Shown here piece after piece: positions 19,028 through 29,655 of a DNA stretch of 64,000 bases. Below the pieces are notes generated by a model that saw only the letters and a list, made by a program, of their open reading frames with translations, had not been told where the DNA came from and did no database searches. This DNA is from Flavobacteriales bacterium (GTDB lineage Bacteria; Bacteroidota; Bacteroidia; Flavobacteriales_F; PHOS-HE28): NCBI GenBank assembly GCA_039931265.1, contig JBDTSG010000147.1, positions 85,451-149,450 on the forward strand. Direction: 5' to 3'. Position numbers and translations under genes: made by a program. Numbering within the stretch: the first letter of the stretch is position 1; the number at the start of each line of letters is the position of its first letter.

Positions 19028-20047
19028 ATGGCCATCGAGATCAATAAGGAGAAACTGAAGGCTCTTCAACTCACGCTCGATAAGATGGAGAAGACCTTCG
19101 GTAAGGGCGCCATCATGAAACTCGGCGACAACGCCATTGAACCGATGGAAGTGATCCCCAGCGGTAGCATCGGTTTGGACTTGGCGCTGGGTGTAGGTGG
19201 CTATCCCAAGGGTCGCGTCATCGAGATCTATGGACCTGAGAGCAGCGGCAAAACCACGCTTGCCATCCACGCTATTGCCGAAGTGCAGAAGATGGGAGGC
19301 ATCGCTGCCATTGTGGATGCCGAGCACGCCTTCGATCGCACGTACGCAGAAGCTCTCGGTGTGGACACGGAGAACCTGCTGATCAGCCAGCCGGACAATG
19401 GTGAACAAGCGCTTGAGATCGCCGACAACCTTATCCGTTCCGGCGCGATCGATCTGTTGGTAGTGGACAGCGTTGCCGCTTTGACGCCGCGCGCCGAGAT
19501 CGAGGGCGAGATGGGCGATAGCTCAATGGGCCTGCAGGCCCGCCTGATGAGCAAGGCGCTGCGCAAGCTTACCGGCACCATCAGCAAAACAGGCTGCTGC
19601 TGCATGTTCATCAACCAACTGCGCGAAAAGATCGGGGTCATGTTCGGGAACCCCGAGACCACCACCGGTGGCAACGCGTTGAAGTTCTACGCCAGCATCC
19701 GCATTGACATCCGCCGCATGACGCAGATCAAGGACGGGGAGAACGCAGTGGGTAACCGCACCAAGGTTAAGATCGTGAAGAACAAGGTGGCTCCCCCGTT
19801 CCGGAAAACAGAGTTCGACATCCTCTTCGGGAAAGGCATCAGCAAAACCGGCGAGATCATCGACTTGGGCGTGGAACTGAACATCATCAAGAAAAGCGGT
19901 AGCTGGTTCGCATACATGGACAACAAACTGGGCCAAGGCCGCGATGCGGTGCGCCAGTTGTTGGAGGACAACACGGAGTTGTGCGAAGAACTGGAAGCCA
20001 AGATCAAGGAAGCGGTGAAGACCGCCGAGGTAAAGGTGGAAGCCTGA
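19028..20047 (+). CDS. recA: Recombinase RecA
   Basis: Canonical RecA sequence ([48 protein letters not shown]). Confidence 0.97.
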   Translation: MAIEINKEKLKALQLTLDKMEKTFGKGAIMKLGDNAIEPMEVIPSGSIGLDLALGVGGYPKGRVIEIYGPESSGKTTLAIHAIAEVQKMGGIAAIVDAEHAFDRTYAEALGVDTENLLISQPDNGEQALEIADNLIRSGAIDLLVVDSVAALTPRAEIEGEMGDSSMGLQARLMSKALRKLTGTISKTGCCCMFINQLREKIGVMFGNPETTTGGNALKFYASIRIDIRRMTQIKDGENAVGNRTKVKIVKNKVAPPFRKTEFDILFGKGISKTGEIIDLGVELNIIKKSGSWFAYMDNKLGQGRDAVRQLLEDNTELCEELEAKIKEAVKTAEVKVEA

Positions 20048-20067
20048 GGGCAACGCCTTCTACTTTC

Positions 20068-20097
20068 GAAGCCCCGGTTTCAAGGGTCCGGGGCTTC
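20068..20097 (+). terminator. Stem-loop after recA
   Basis: 10-bp perfect inverted repeat gaagccccgg / ccggggcttc with a 10-nt loop, 20 nt after the recA stop, followed by gccattttcc. Confidence 0.55.
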
Positions 20098-20111
20098 GCC
20101 ATTTTCCACCT

Positions 20112-21176
20112 ATGGACCACCGCTCTGTTCCCCTTTTCCTTTTCCTGGCCCCGCTCCTGCTGTTGCGCTGTTCTTCACCACCCGCAGCGACGCCTGAACA
20201 AGCGGTGGCACCCGTCGACAGCTTCGCCCTGCGGATAGCTGATGTGGATGGTCGTCTGACCATAGCTCCGGATGATGCGGCGCTCTATGCTGAACGTTCC
20301 GCGTTGCTACTCGGGCATAGGGATATGATGCCGGCGCTCAATGACATGGTTCGCGCCGTGTCCTTGGACAGCACCAATGCCGACTACCGCGTAAAACTGG
20401 GAGAGCTGTTCTGGTACAGCCGTACCGTGGATCAAGCGAAATACCAGTTCGAGAAGGCTTTGTCCTACGACCCGCGCAACACAGCAGCACTGCTGAAGCT
20501 GGGCGAGATCCAGCTTGTGCTCCGGCAATACCAAGCCGCCATGGATAAGGTGAACGAGGCCTTACGCATCGATAGCCGGCTGGCCAATGGCTACTTCCTG
20601 AAAGGATGGATCCACAAGGAAACAGGTGACACGGCCAGAGCGATCAGCAGCTACTTCACCGCAGTGGAAATGGATCCCGACTACTACGATGCTACCATGC
20701 AACTGGCCTTACTGCACGACAGGAAGCATGATCCACTGGCACTGGAATTCTACAAAAGCGCCCTCGCGTTGCGGCCAGCAAGCAGTGAGGCGCTGTACAA
20801 CTTGGGCCTCTATTGCCAAAATCATGGAAGGGACAGCCTTGCGCTCTCGTGCTATGACAAGATGATCGCCCTGGATCCCGCGAATGAAAGGGCCCATTAC
20901 AACTCGGGTTGGGTTGAACTGGAGCATCTCGATGATCCGAAAGCAGCGATCGAGCACTTCACGGCGGCCATCCAGCGGGCGCCTACGTATCACCAAGCCT
21001 ACTTCAACAGGGGGCTTGCGTATGAGCGACTTGATATACTCGACAGTGCCGCGAAGGACTTCCAACGCACCTTGGCGTTGGCCTCGGACTACGATGGCGC
21101 AGCTAACGGCCTTGAGCGGCTCGCTTCAAAAGGTCTACGGATCGAGCGCCCACGTAGTGCTAGCCCTACGCAGTAA
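20112..21176 (+). CDS. Tetratricopeptide-repeat protein
   Basis: Signal/lipoprotein-like N-terminus and repeated 34-aa TPR units (A..Y..AL..DP.N..A). Confidence 0.75.
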   Translation: MDHRSVPLFLFLAPLLLLRCSSPPAATPEQAVAPVDSFALRIADVDGRLTIAPDDAALYAERSALLLGHRDMMPALNDMVRAVSLDSTNADYRVKLGELFWYSRTVDQAKYQFEKALSYDPRNTAALLKLGEIQLVLRQYQAAMDKVNEALRIDSRLANGYFLKGWIHKETGDTARAISSYFTAVEMDPDYYDATMQLALLHDRKHDPLALEFYKSALALRPASSEALYNLGLYCQNHGRDSLALSCYDKMIALDPANERAHYNSGWVELEHLDDPKAAIEHFTAAIQRAPTYHQAYFNRGLAYERLDILDSAAKDFQRTLALASDYDGAANGLERLASKGLRIERPRSASPTQ

Positions 21177-21503
21177 GGCGAACCGACGGATGCGTATGCC
21201 CTCGAAAGTATGGGCGCGGACCGTGTACGTACCGGGCTTCATTCCCCTGACGTCCACGGAACCATTGGATATCGGCGGTTGGGGATCGAGGCGTTTCCCT
21301 TGTGCTGTAAGGAGGTCAACAGCATACGTGCCTTCGGGTATGGCGAAGCGGTAGATCCCCGCGGAATCGGAACCAACGATCGCAATGTCCTCTGTGTCCG
21401 CGGTGCGCACCGGCGCATGACGCGGCACATAAGCCACGAGTTCTTCCTGTCCTTGAGCGATCGGCCCGGCAAGGATCAGGACTAAGAGGATGGCATTGCG
21501 CAT
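21135..21503 (-). CDS. Small secreted hypothetical protein
   Basis: Signal peptide MRNAILLVLILAGPIAQGQ. The ORF overlaps the TPR gene's 3' end by 42 nt. I recognised no family. Confidence 0.4.
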   Translation of the reverse strand: MRNAILLVLILAGPIAQGQEELVAYVPRHAPVRTADTEDIAIVGSDSAGIYRFAIPEGTYAVDLLTAQGKRLDPQPPISNGSVDVRGMKPGTYTVRAHTFEGIRIRRFALLRRASTTWALDP

Positions 21504-21600
21504 GGTCGCTCGGTTGAACGCGGCCTTCTACGCCTTGCCAAGGCAAAGAGGTTCCAGATCCCTTTGCGCGGACCACGACATTCCACACCTTCTCCTTAAA

Positions 21601-21673
21601 GGGGCGATAGCTCAGATCGCCAGAGCGCTGCGTTCGCGATCGGGGTCGAGGGCTCTATTCCTTTCGATCCACG
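21601..21673 (+). pseudogene. Degenerate tRNA-Ala(CGC)-like remnant
   Basis: The 5' half, GGGGCGATAGCTCAG...AGAGCGCTGCGTTCGC, reads like a tRNA-Ala acceptor/D-arm/anticodon-loop. However, the D-loop lacks GG, the anticodon stem does not close (CTGCG vs TCGGG), the T-loop is CTCTATT, and the 3' acceptor strand has a mismatch. Confidence 0.3.
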
Positions 21674-21699
21674 AGTTGACCACAACTGCCGAAGATGAA

Positions 21700-21724
21700 T
21701 GAGAAAAGGGGGCTTGCGCCCCCT
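21700..21724 (-). terminator. Intrinsic terminator after rplT
   Basis: On the minus strand AGGGGGC-GCAA-GCCCCCT (7-bp stem, 4-nt loop) is followed by TTTTCTCATT, 58 nt after the rplT stop. Confidence 0.65.
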
Positions 21725-21782
21725 CTTCGTTCCCGTCCCTTTCCATGGCCGCAACCATGTTGAGGTGGTTGGTGATCACTTC

Positions 21783-22127
21783 CTATTTCACCTTGTCGAC
21801 AATGGCTTTGAAAGCACCCATGTCCGTGTATGCGATCTCGGCCAAGGCCTTCCTGTCCAAGGTGATGTTGTGCTTCTTGAGACTTGCCATGAACACACTG
21901 TAGCTGACACCGTTCAGGCGGGTGGCAGCGTTGATCCGCTGGATCCAAAGTGCGCGGAAGTCGCGTTTCTTCAGTTTGCGTCCGTCGTATGCGTGCGACA
22001 GACCTTTCTCGACGCTGTTCTTGGCTACGGTCCAAACGTTCTTGCGTTTGCCGAAGCTGCCCTTGGCGAGTTTGTAGACCTTCTTCTTTCGGGCCTTGCT
22101 GGCCGGGCTATTGGTTGCTCTTGGCAT
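21783..22127 (-). CDS. rplT: 50S ribosomal protein L20
   Basis: [30 protein letters not shown]... is canonical L20. Confidence 0.97.
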   Translation of the reverse strand: MPRATNSPASKARKKKVYKLAKGSFGKRKNVWTVAKNSVEKGLSHAYDGRKLKKRDFRALWIQRINAATRLNGVSYSVFMASLKKHNITLDRKALAEIAYTDMGAFKAIVDKVK

Positions 22128-22214
22128 CTTGTCTTTGTTTTCGGTACTGAGCGTCCGCCTTCCGGTGGATCTTTTGTGCTACAGGCCCTGGTTAACGTTA
22201 CCTGGTATCGGGGC

Positions 22215-22406
22215 TCAGTGGAGAAGGGCCAGGATGTTCTTCTTCTCTGTCGGATGCACGGTGCCGAACTTGCGAAGGGCGCGTTTCCGCTTCTTCTCCT
22301 TCTTCGTAAGGATGTGGTTCTTGAACGCGTGCTTGCGCTTGATCTCGCCGGTGCCGGTCAGCTTGAACCGCTTTTTCGCACCGGACTTGGTCTTCATCTT
22401 GGGCAT
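22215..22406 (-). CDS. rpmI: 50S ribosomal protein L35
   Basis: [36 protein letters not shown]... is canonical L35. Confidence 0.95.
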   Translation of the reverse strand: MPKMKTKSGAKKRFKLTGTGEIKRKHAFKNHILTKKEKKRKRALRKFGTVHPTEKKNILALLH

Positions 22407-22462
22407 GGCCTGTCGTGTTGGTCGTCTGGAATGATCTTGGGGGGCTCGGTGATCCCGCGCCC

Positions 22463-23068
22463 TTACTTCTTTTTCTTAGGGATGATGAACATCATCATGC
22501 GTTTGCCTTCCAACTTGGGCATGCTCTCCACCACACCGTTCTCCTCCAGATCCTGAGCGAACTTCAACAGCAGGATCTCACCGCGCTCCTTGAACACGAT
22601 GCTACGGCCGCGGAAGAACACGAACGCCTTCACCTTGTGCCCTTCAGCCAAGAACTTCTTGGCGTGGGCCAGTTTGAAGTTCAAGTCGTGCTCGTCGGTG
22701 TTGGGCCCGAAGCGTATCTCCTTCAATTCAACAACGCTCTGCTTGTTCTTGATCTCCTTCTGCTTCTTCTTCAGATCGTAGAGGAACTTCTTGTAATCGA
22801 CGATGCGGCAGACAGGAGGGTCGGCAGAAGCGCTGATCTCCACCAAGTCCAGAGCCAGGTCTTGGGCCATGCGCAAGGCTTCCTCGAAGGGAAAGATGCC
22901 TTGCTCCACGTTCTCACCCACCACTCTCACCTGGTTCAACCCGGTGATGCGACTGTTGATGCGATGCGGGTCTTCCTTGCGGACGCGGCCCCGGAAAGGG
23001 GTACGGCCACCTGGACGGCCGGCCGGGCGGAATGCCGGCCGTGGTTTATTGAATGGGGGTCCTGCCAC
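22463..23068 (-). CDS. infC: Translation initiation factor IF-3
   Basis: Canonical IF-3 N and C domains ([18 protein letters not shown]...; [20 protein letters not shown]). The called start is GTG at 23066-23068 and is immediately preceded by an in-frame TAA. Confidence 0.93.
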   Translation of the reverse strand: MAGPPFNKPRPAFRPAGRPGGRTPFRGRVRKEDPHRINSRITGLNQVRVVGENVEQGIFPFEEALRMAQDLALDLVEISASADPPVCRIVDYKKFLYDLKKKQKEIKNKQSVVELKEIRFGPNTDEHDLNFKLAHAKKFLAEGHKVKAFVFFRGRSIVFKERGEILLLKFAQDLEENGVVESMPKLEGKRMMMFIIPKKKK

Positions 23069-23091
23069 TTAGCGTTCGTTCGTTCCTGACT

Positions 23092-25032
23092 TCAACCTGC
23101 CAACTGCACTGCTATGCGTTGCTTCACCAGATCGGTGAAGCCCTGCGGTGTCATACTGCCCAGGTCGCCCTGCGCATGTTCCCGCACGCTTACGGTGCCG
23201 TCGCCAGCTTCTTTCTCTCCGATGATGAGCATGAACGGGGTTTTGGCGAGTTCCGCGTCGCGGATCTTCTTGCCGATCTTTTCGTTCCGCTCGTCAACGA
23301 GGGCGCGAATATCGGAATCTTTCAGGCTCGCCGAGATGGCGCGGCAATGGTCGAGATACTTGTCGCTGATGGGCAACAGGATGGCCTGTTCCGGCGCCAG
23401 CCAGAGCGGGAAATTCCCTGCAGTATGCTCTATGATCACGGCAATGAAGCGCTCCAAGCTCCCGAACGGGGCCCGGTGGATCATTACGGGGCGGTGTTTG
23501 GCGTTGTCGCTTCCCACATACTCCAGTTCGAACCGTTCGGGTAGGTTGTAATCCACTTGGATCGTACCCAACTGCCACTTACGGCCAAGTGCATCCTTGA
23601 TCATGAAATCGAGTTTCGGACCGTAGAACGCAGCCTCGCCATACTCCACCACCGTCTTCAATCCGCTATCCGCAGCAGCATCGATGATGGCCTGTTCCGC
23701 CTTCACCCAATTCTCCTCGCTGCCGATGTATTTGCTCCGATCCTCTTTGTCACGAAGGCTCACTTGGGCCTCGAAACTCTGGAAGTTCAAGGCTTTCAGC
23801 ACAAGAAGCACAAGGTCGATGACCTTCATGAACTCTTCCTTCACCTGATCCGGACGGCAGAACAGGTGGGCATCGTCCTGGGTGAAGCCTCGCACCCGCG
23901 CCAGGCCATGCAGTTCGCCGCTCTGCTCATACCGGTACACCGTACCGAACTCGGCCAAGCGCAACGGCAAGTCTTTATAGCTACGGGGCCTGCTGGCGAA
24001 GATCTCGCAGTGGTGCGGGCAGTTCATGGGCTTCAGCATGAACTCCTCGCCCTCTTGGGGGGTGCTGATCGGACGGAAACTGTCCTTGCCGTATTTCTCC
24101 CAGTGCCCGCTGGTGACATATAGCTGCTTACCACCAATGTGCGGAGTGGCCACCTGCAAGTAGCCGGCCTTCTCTTGGGCCGTCTTCATGAAGTTGATGA
24201 GTCGCTCGCGCAAGGCAGCCCCCTTCGGCAACCAAAGTGGAAGCCCTGCCCCCACTTTTTCGCTGAAGGTGAAAAGGTCCAGCTCCTTACCCAGCTTACG
24301 GTGGTCGCGCTTCTTGGCCTCTTCGAGCAAGACCAGGTACTCATCCAGTTCCTTCTGCTTGGGGTAAGAGATAGCATACAGGCGGGTCAGCTGTTTCCGT
24401 TTCTCATCGCCACGCCAATAAGCACCAGCGACGCTGAGCACCTTGACAGCCTTGATGAAGGATGTGTCCGGAATGTGCGGCCCACGGCACAGATCGGTGA
24501 AATTGCCTTGCGAGTAGAAGGTGATCTGGCCATCCTGAAGGCCATCGATCAATTCGAGCTTGTATTCGTCACCCTTTTCGGTGAAGTACTTGATCGCATC
24601 GGCCTTGCTCACCTCCTTGCGGGAGAAGGTGAGTTTCTTCGAGGCCAACTCTTTCATCTTGGCCTCAATGGCAGGGAAATCAGCATCGCTGATAGCCCGG
24701 TCGCCGGGATCGATGTCATAGTAGAAGCCGTTCTCGATGGGCGGCCCGATCCCGAACTTGGTGCCGGGGAACAGGGCCTCAATGGCCTCGGCCATCAAGT
24801 GCGCGCTGCTGTGCCAGAGCGTGCTCTTCCCTTCCACATCGTTCCAAGTGAGCAAGGCAAGTGAGCAATCGCCGGGCAACGGGCGGTTGGCATCGCGCAC
24901 CTCGCCGTTCACTTTCGCACTGAGCACATTGCGGGCAAGGCCTTCGCTGATGTTCCGGGCCACATCCATGGCCGTGGCCCCTTCTTCGAACTGCCGCACA
25001 CTTCCGTCCGGCAAGGTCACATTGATCTTCAT
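23092..25032 (-). CDS. thrS: Threonine--tRNA ligase
   Basis: TGS domain, editing domain, class II core ([24 protein letters not shown]) and anticodon-binding domain. It heads the conserved thrS-infC-rpmI-rplT order. Confidence 0.97.
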   Translation of the reverse strand: MKINVTLPDGSVRQFEEGATAMDVARNISEGLARNVLSAKVNGEVRDANRPLPGDCSLALLTWNDVEGKSTLWHSSAHLMAEAIEALFPGTKFGIGPPIENGFYYDIDPGDRAISDADFPAIEAKMKELASKKLTFSRKEVSKADAIKYFTEKGDEYKLELIDGLQDGQITFYSQGNFTDLCRGPHIPDTSFIKAVKVLSVAGAYWRGDEKRKQLTRLYAISYPKQKELDEYLVLLEEAKKRDHRKLGKELDLFTFSEKVGAGLPLWLPKGAALRERLINFMKTAQEKAGYLQVATPHIGGKQLYVTSGHWEKYGKDSFRPISTPQEGEEFMLKPMNCPHHCEIFASRPRSYKDLPLRLAEFGTVYRYEQSGELHGLARVRGFTQDDAHLFCRPDQVKEEFMKVIDLVLLVLKALNFQSFEAQVSLRDKEDRSKYIGSEENWVKAEQAIIDAAADSGLKTVVEYGEAAFYGPKLDFMIKDALGRKWQLGTIQVDYNLPERFELEYVGSDNAKHRPVMIHRAPFGSLERFIAVIIEHTAGNFPLWLAPEQAILLPISDKYLDHCRAISASLKDSDIRALVDERNEKIGKKIRDAELAKTPFMLIIGEKEAGDGTVSVREHAQGDLGSMTPQGFTDLVKQRIAVQLAG

Positions 25033-25184
25033 CGGTTCTCCTTCCCAGCCTTACGAATGGCCGCAAAGGGCGGCGAATGTAGCTGGCGGGCGCCATCCTG
25101 CGGAACGTTGGCAACGAGCTGACTTGTTCAACCACCGGCACCTTATCGGGCAACGTACTGCGCCCATCGTTCATCTTCATCCGC

Positions 25185-27068
25185 ATGATCGACCGGCTGC
25201 GCATATCCATCGTTCTTGTGCTGGCTGCCGCAACGCACCCGGTAACGGCCCAATTGCAACACAGCAAATGGCTCTTCGGCTTCGGCGCCGGACTGGACTT
25301 CGCCAGTCCGACCCCAACACCGATCCCGGGCAATACGATCAACACGGATGAAGGGGGCGCCAGCATCGCTGACACTAACGGGAACCTCCTGTTCTACACC
25401 AATGGCGAGTCGGTGCGCGACAGGAACCACAACGAAATGCCCAACGGCGCAGGGCTCTGGGGGAGTTTCAGCAGCGCGCAGAGCGCCATCATCGTACCCG
25501 TTGTTGGTGAAGATTCACTGTACTACGTGTTCACCACGCCCGCGCAAGTGAACTACTGGGGCGGCGGTTGGAACGGACTCTCGTACTCGGTGGTGGACAT
25601 GCGGTTGAACAGTGGGCTTGGCGATGTGGCCGTTAAGAACATCCAGTTGATCGGATCGGTAACCGAACGTTTGACCGCAGCGCGCCATGCCAACGGACGG
25701 GACGTGTGGGTGATCTGCCATGGGTGGGACAACAGCAGTTTCTACGCTTACCTAGTGGACTGCATCGGCATCCACGGGCCGATCATCAGCAATGCAGGTC
25801 GCTCGATCCACAACGATCCCGGCAACAGCCACATGGCTGCTATCGGCTGCATGGACGTGAGTCCGCAAGGTGATCGGCTGGCGACCACATGGGCGGATAT
25901 CAATTCCGCTTGGTCATCCGCGGCGCGCATCGACATCCACACGTTCAATAATGCGAACGGCACGGTGTCGCTTCTCGATACGGTGAGCCATACGCAAACT
26001 GGCTTGGATGCGCGCGGATACGGTGTGCATTTCTCACCTGGCGGCACCAAGCTCTACGTAAGCGAATACGGACTGAACAATGGAATGACCTTCTCCCGGG
26101 TGCTGCAATACGACATGCAAGCGGCGGATATCCCCGCGAGCGAATACACGGTTGCAGCGGGCTCACCCGAATTCGGCGGTCTGCAAGCCGGACCCGATGG
26201 GGTGATGTACGTGACACGCCTGAGTTTCCAGACATACGTGAGCCGCATCCGGTATCCGGAACTGGGCGGTGCTGCTTGCACGTTCGATGGTGCTGGTGTT
26301 TCCATTGCGCCCGGGCAGAACGCTTGGGGACTACCCAACCAATGGGACACATATCCGGTGCCTGTGCAACCGGAGTTGATGGCGCAAAGCGACACCGTGG
26401 TTTGTGGTGGTAGTGTCCTGCTGGATGCCACGGTCCTTCCCTTGTTCGATGCACCGGAATACCTCTGGAGCACGGGCGATGCGACTTCTTCGATCGTTGT
26501 CCACGCCCCTGGATCATACAGCGTGGAAGTAGTCTTGAGCTGTGATACGCTGCGTGATACCATCGTGGTAACCCTGCGCGGCATCGCAGTGGACCTCGGC
26601 ACCGACCTTCAGCCGTGCTTGGGCGAGAGCGTCGTGTTGGAGAAACCAGAAGCAGCAGGGCAAGTCCTTTGGAGCGATGGAAGCAGCGGCCCGAGCATGC
26701 AGGTCACAACAGAAGGCGAGCACTGGATCACCTTAACCGACACATCGGGCTGTGTCACCAGCGATACGCTGCACGTGAGTTATTCGGATTGTGACTGTGA
26801 TGCCTTCGTGCCGAACACCTTCACGCCTGATGGTGATGAAGTGAACGGGACTTGGGCACCCGTGATGGAATGCGCCATTGTATCCTATGATCTGTCGGTG
26901 TTCGACCGCTGGGGTGGACTGATGTGCAGCAGCACCGACCCGCGCTTTCAATGGGATGGGGCGACGGCGGACGATGGGGTCTACCAGTGGATGCTCAGCT
27001 ACACTTGGCAGGATGGAACCATCCTTCGCCATGCGAGGGTCCATGGCCACATCCTATTGCTCAGATAG
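25185..27068 (+). CDS. Secreted protein with gliding-motility-associated C-terminal domain (T9SS type B sorting domain)
   Basis: Signal peptide; the C-terminus FVPNTFTPDGDEVNGTW...SVFDRWGGLM...WDG...DGVYQWML fits the CHU_C/type-B CTD pattern. Confidence 0.8.
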   Translation: MIDRLRISIVLVLAAATHPVTAQLQHSKWLFGFGAGLDFASPTPTPIPGNTINTDEGGASIADTNGNLLFYTNGESVRDRNHNEMPNGAGLWGSFSSAQSAIIVPVVGEDSLYYVFTTPAQVNYWGGGWNGLSYSVVDMRLNSGLGDVAVKNIQLIGSVTERLTAARHANGRDVWVICHGWDNSSFYAYLVDCIGIHGPIISNAGRSIHNDPGNSHMAAIGCMDVSPQGDRLATTWADINSAWSSAARIDIHTFNNANGTVSLLDTVSHTQTGLDARGYGVHFSPGGTKLYVSEYGLNNGMTFSRVLQYDMQAADIPASEYTVAAGSPEFGGLQAGPDGVMYVTRLSFQTYVSRIRYPELGGAACTFDGAGVSIAPGQNAWGLPNQWDTYPVPVQPELMAQSDTVVCGGSVLLDATVLPLFDAPEYLWSTGDATSSIVVHAPGSYSVEVVLSCDTLRDTIVVTLRGIAVDLGTDLQPCLGESVVLEKPEAAGQVLWSDGSSGPSMQVTTEGEHWITLTDTSGCVTSDTLHVSYSDCDCDAFVPNTFTPDGDEVNGTWAPVMECAIVSYDLSVFDRWGGLMCSSTDPRFQWDGATADDGVYQWMLSYTWQDGTILRHARVHGHILLLR

Positions 27069-27080
27069 CTCTTCGACCGT

Positions 27081-27467
27081 TCAGATATCCTTCCGGTCCA
27101 AGTCCTCGAAATTCACGTCGGTGAACTTGTTCCCTGCATCGCCTGACTCAGCGTGTGGCGCAGGATCATGGGCTTCGTGGCGCTCCGGTTTGGGTGCGTC
27201 GTGCTGCATGTATTGGCCCGTGGCCTTCAACCGATCGATCTCCGCATAAACCTCCCGCAGCCCGTCTATGAATTTCTCGAAGTCCTCCTTGTAGAGGAAG
27301 ATCTTGTGCTTCTCATAGCTGGCCGACCCATCCTCATGGGTGTGCTTCTTGCTTTCCGTAATGGTGAGGTAAAGATCCCGCCCCCGTGTGCTCTTCACAT
27401 CGAAGAAGTACGTGCGCTTGCCGGCCCGCACCGGTTTGCTGTACACATCCTCGCGATCGTCCGACAT
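27081..27467 (-). CDS. PUR-alpha-like DNA/RNA-binding protein (DUF3276)
   Basis: VYSKPVRAGKRTYFFDVKSTRGRDLYLTITESKK is the hallmark DUF3276 block. The start may be MSDD (27467) or MPMSDD (27473). Confidence 0.75.
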   Translation of the reverse strand: MSDDREDVYSKPVRAGKRTYFFDVKSTRGRDLYLTITESKKHTHEDGSASYEKHKIFLYKEDFEKFIDGLREVYAEIDRLKATGQYMQHDAPKPERHEAHDPAPHAESGDAGNKFTDVNFEDLDRKDI

Positions 27468-27592
27468 GGGCATGCCCTTTGGGATCGGGCCGATCAAATA
27501 TACCCGCTGGTCTTGGAAACGCAAGTGGTTCGGGCCTTACCGTTGACCGTGGGGAAGTCCGCTGATCGACAGGGCTGCTAAGCCTACTCCCC

Positions 27593-29482
27593 TCACGCCC
27601 GACGCATCTCTTCCAGCAGTTGTTCCTGGTAAAGGGCGGCATACAACCCGCCACTTGCCAAAAGCTCGTCGTGGCGGCCCTGCTCAGCTATGCGCCCATG
27701 CTCCAGCACAATGATCTCGTCCGCATCCTGTACCGCACTGATGCGATGGCTGATGATCACGGTCGTCCTGCCCTGCATCACCACCTTTAACCCACGGAGT
27801 ATGGCTTCCTCGGTAGCGGTATCGACCGCGCTAAGGGGATCATCGAACACAAGGATCCGTGGCTCGCGTGCAATGGCGCGGGCTATGGACACCCGTTGTT
27901 TCTGCCCCCCGCTCAGGGTGATGCCGCGTTCGCCAAGCAGGGTTTCATAACCGTTCGCGAAGCCGAGGATGTTCTCGTGTACCTGCGCGTGCTCCGCTGC
28001 TTTCCGGACACGGCTCTCGTTGGTGCTTTCAGTAGGCAGCCCGAAAGCAATGTTGTTCCGGATGCTATCGCTGAAAAGGAAGACATCCTGCGGAACGAAG
28101 CCCAGTTCCTGACGCAATTGTTCCAACGGAATGTCGCGGATGGGGATCCCATCGATCAACACCTCCCCTTCGGTAGCGTCGTATTGCCTGCCGATCAGAT
28201 CCGCAACGGTCGTTTTGCCACTACCCGTGTGGCCTACGAACGCAATGGTGCCGCCCGCAGGTACGCTGAAGCTCACGCTGTCCAACGCTAGAATACCCGT
28301 GTCAGGATAACGGAAGCTGACATTCCTGAAGGTGATCCCTCCACGGATCTCAGGAGATGTGCCGGTTACGGCCTGCGTGTCATTCACCTCCGGCTGTATA
28401 GCCAAGAATTCGTTGATGCGTTCCTGGCTCACGACCGCCTGCTGTACCAACGACGTTACCCAGCCCACGCTCGCGAAGGGCCACGTGAGCATGTTCACGT
28501 AAAGGACGAAAGCGGCGATGGTACCAACGCTCACCCCCGGATCCCCGTTCACGAGTTTCATGCCTCCGATGAAGATCACGACCACGGTGCTCAGACCGAT
28601 CAACAGCCCGATGGCGGGCATGAAAAGCGCATCGACTTTGGCTTGGGCGAGACTCCGTTTCCGGTATTCGCGCGCTGCCCCGCCGAAGCGATCGATCGCC
28701 ATGCGCTCCTTCACATACGCCTTCAAAACGCGTATGCCGCTGAAGCTCTCTTGTGCCAATGTGCTGAGGCGGCTTTGCTGCTGCTGCACCGCCATGCCGC
28801 GTTTGTTCATCACGTCGCTCACGTAGTAGATCACCACGCTCATGATGGGCAAAGGAGCCAAAGAGTACAACGCGAGTTCCACGTTCTGCTGCAACATGAA
28901 ACCGATGCACAGCAGAAAGAGCACGATCAGGTTGAGCGTGTACATGATGGCCGGACCCAAGTACATGCGCACCTTGCTCACGTCTTCGCTGATCCTGTTC
29001 ATCAGGTCCCCGGTGCTATTGCGCTTGTAGAAGGCGCGATCGAGCCGCTGGTAGTGCGCGAACACCTCGTTCTTCATGTCCTGCTCTATCAAGCGGCTCA
29101 TGACGATGATCGTTTGCCGCATATAGAACATGAACAAGCCTTTCAACAATGCGAAAACGATATAGAGTACCGCCAGCAAAACGCCCACCCATGCTATCGT
29201 GGCAGCCACTCCCTCACCACGACCGGCGGCAGCCAACCTGCCCTGAAGATCAAGACCGGTCCAACCCACCCAAGCATCCAAAGTGGGCGGCACTTCGATG
29301 GTCACTTGCAACGAAGGAGCATTCCTCTTCGCAAGCCCTGCCTCCACGATATTGAACGCCTCCTCAACAACCTGAGGACTGTACACGGCGAACAGGTTGC
29401 TGAGCAGAATGAAGAACACCCCACCGATCAGGCGCCAGCGGTACTTCACGAAGTACCGGTTCAGTGTCATCAACGCTCGCAT
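27593..29482 (-). CDS. ABC transporter, fused permease/ATPase (MsbA-like exporter)
   Basis: Six-TM exporter domain followed by an NBD (GHTGSGKTT, LSGGQKQRVSIARA, ILVFDDPLSAVD). Confidence 0.9.
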   Translation of the reverse strand: MRALMTLNRYFVKYRWRLIGGVFFILLSNLFAVYSPQVVEEAFNIVEAGLAKRNAPSLQVTIEVPPTLDAWVGWTGLDLQGRLAAAGRGEGVAATIAWVGVLLAVLYIVFALLKGLFMFYMRQTIIVMSRLIEQDMKNEVFAHYQRLDRAFYKRNSTGDLMNRISEDVSKVRMYLGPAIMYTLNLIVLFLLCIGFMLQQNVELALYSLAPLPIMSVVIYYVSDVMNKRGMAVQQQQSRLSTLAQESFSGIRVLKAYVKERMAIDRFGGAAREYRKRSLAQAKVDALFMPAIGLLIGLSTVVVIFIGGMKLVNGDPGVSVGTIAAFVLYVNMLTWPFASVGWVTSLVQQAVVSQERINEFLAIQPEVNDTQAVTGTSPEIRGGITFRNVSFRYPDTGILALDSVSFSVPAGGTIAFVGHTGSGKTTVADLIGRQYDATEGEVLIDGIPIRDIPLEQLRQELGFVPQDVFLFSDSIRNNIAFGLPTESTNESRVRKAAEHAQVHENILGFANGYETLLGERGITLSGGQKQRVSIARAIAREPRILVFDDPLSAVDTATEEAILRGLKVVMQGRTTVIISHRISAVQDADEIIVLEHGRIAEQGRHDELLASGGLYAALYQEQLLEEMRRA

Positions 29483-29655
29483 GCTGGCGTACGGAACTTC
29501 CTACTTTTGGCCCCGCTTTCCGCCGGAAGCAGTGCGCCGCTCAGGTGCGCGGTGTAAGGGCGCCGAAGGTAGGACAAGGTCCGAGCGCGGACCGAGCATT
29601 GAACCACTGAACGCGATCCGCACGCGAGGCACGCAGACCGCACCATCCACACCGC

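Noticed and set aside
21490-21702. 70-aa plus-strand ORF
   Set aside because: It spans the tRNA-like remnant and the rplT terminator and has no coding-like features.
29502-29509. TACTTTTG match to the Bacteroidota -7 promoter element (TAnnTTTG) upstream of the Leu dehydrogenase gene
   Set aside because: It is a single 8-nt consensus match about 147 nt from the ATG, with no supporting -33 element that I could verify. That is too weak to call.
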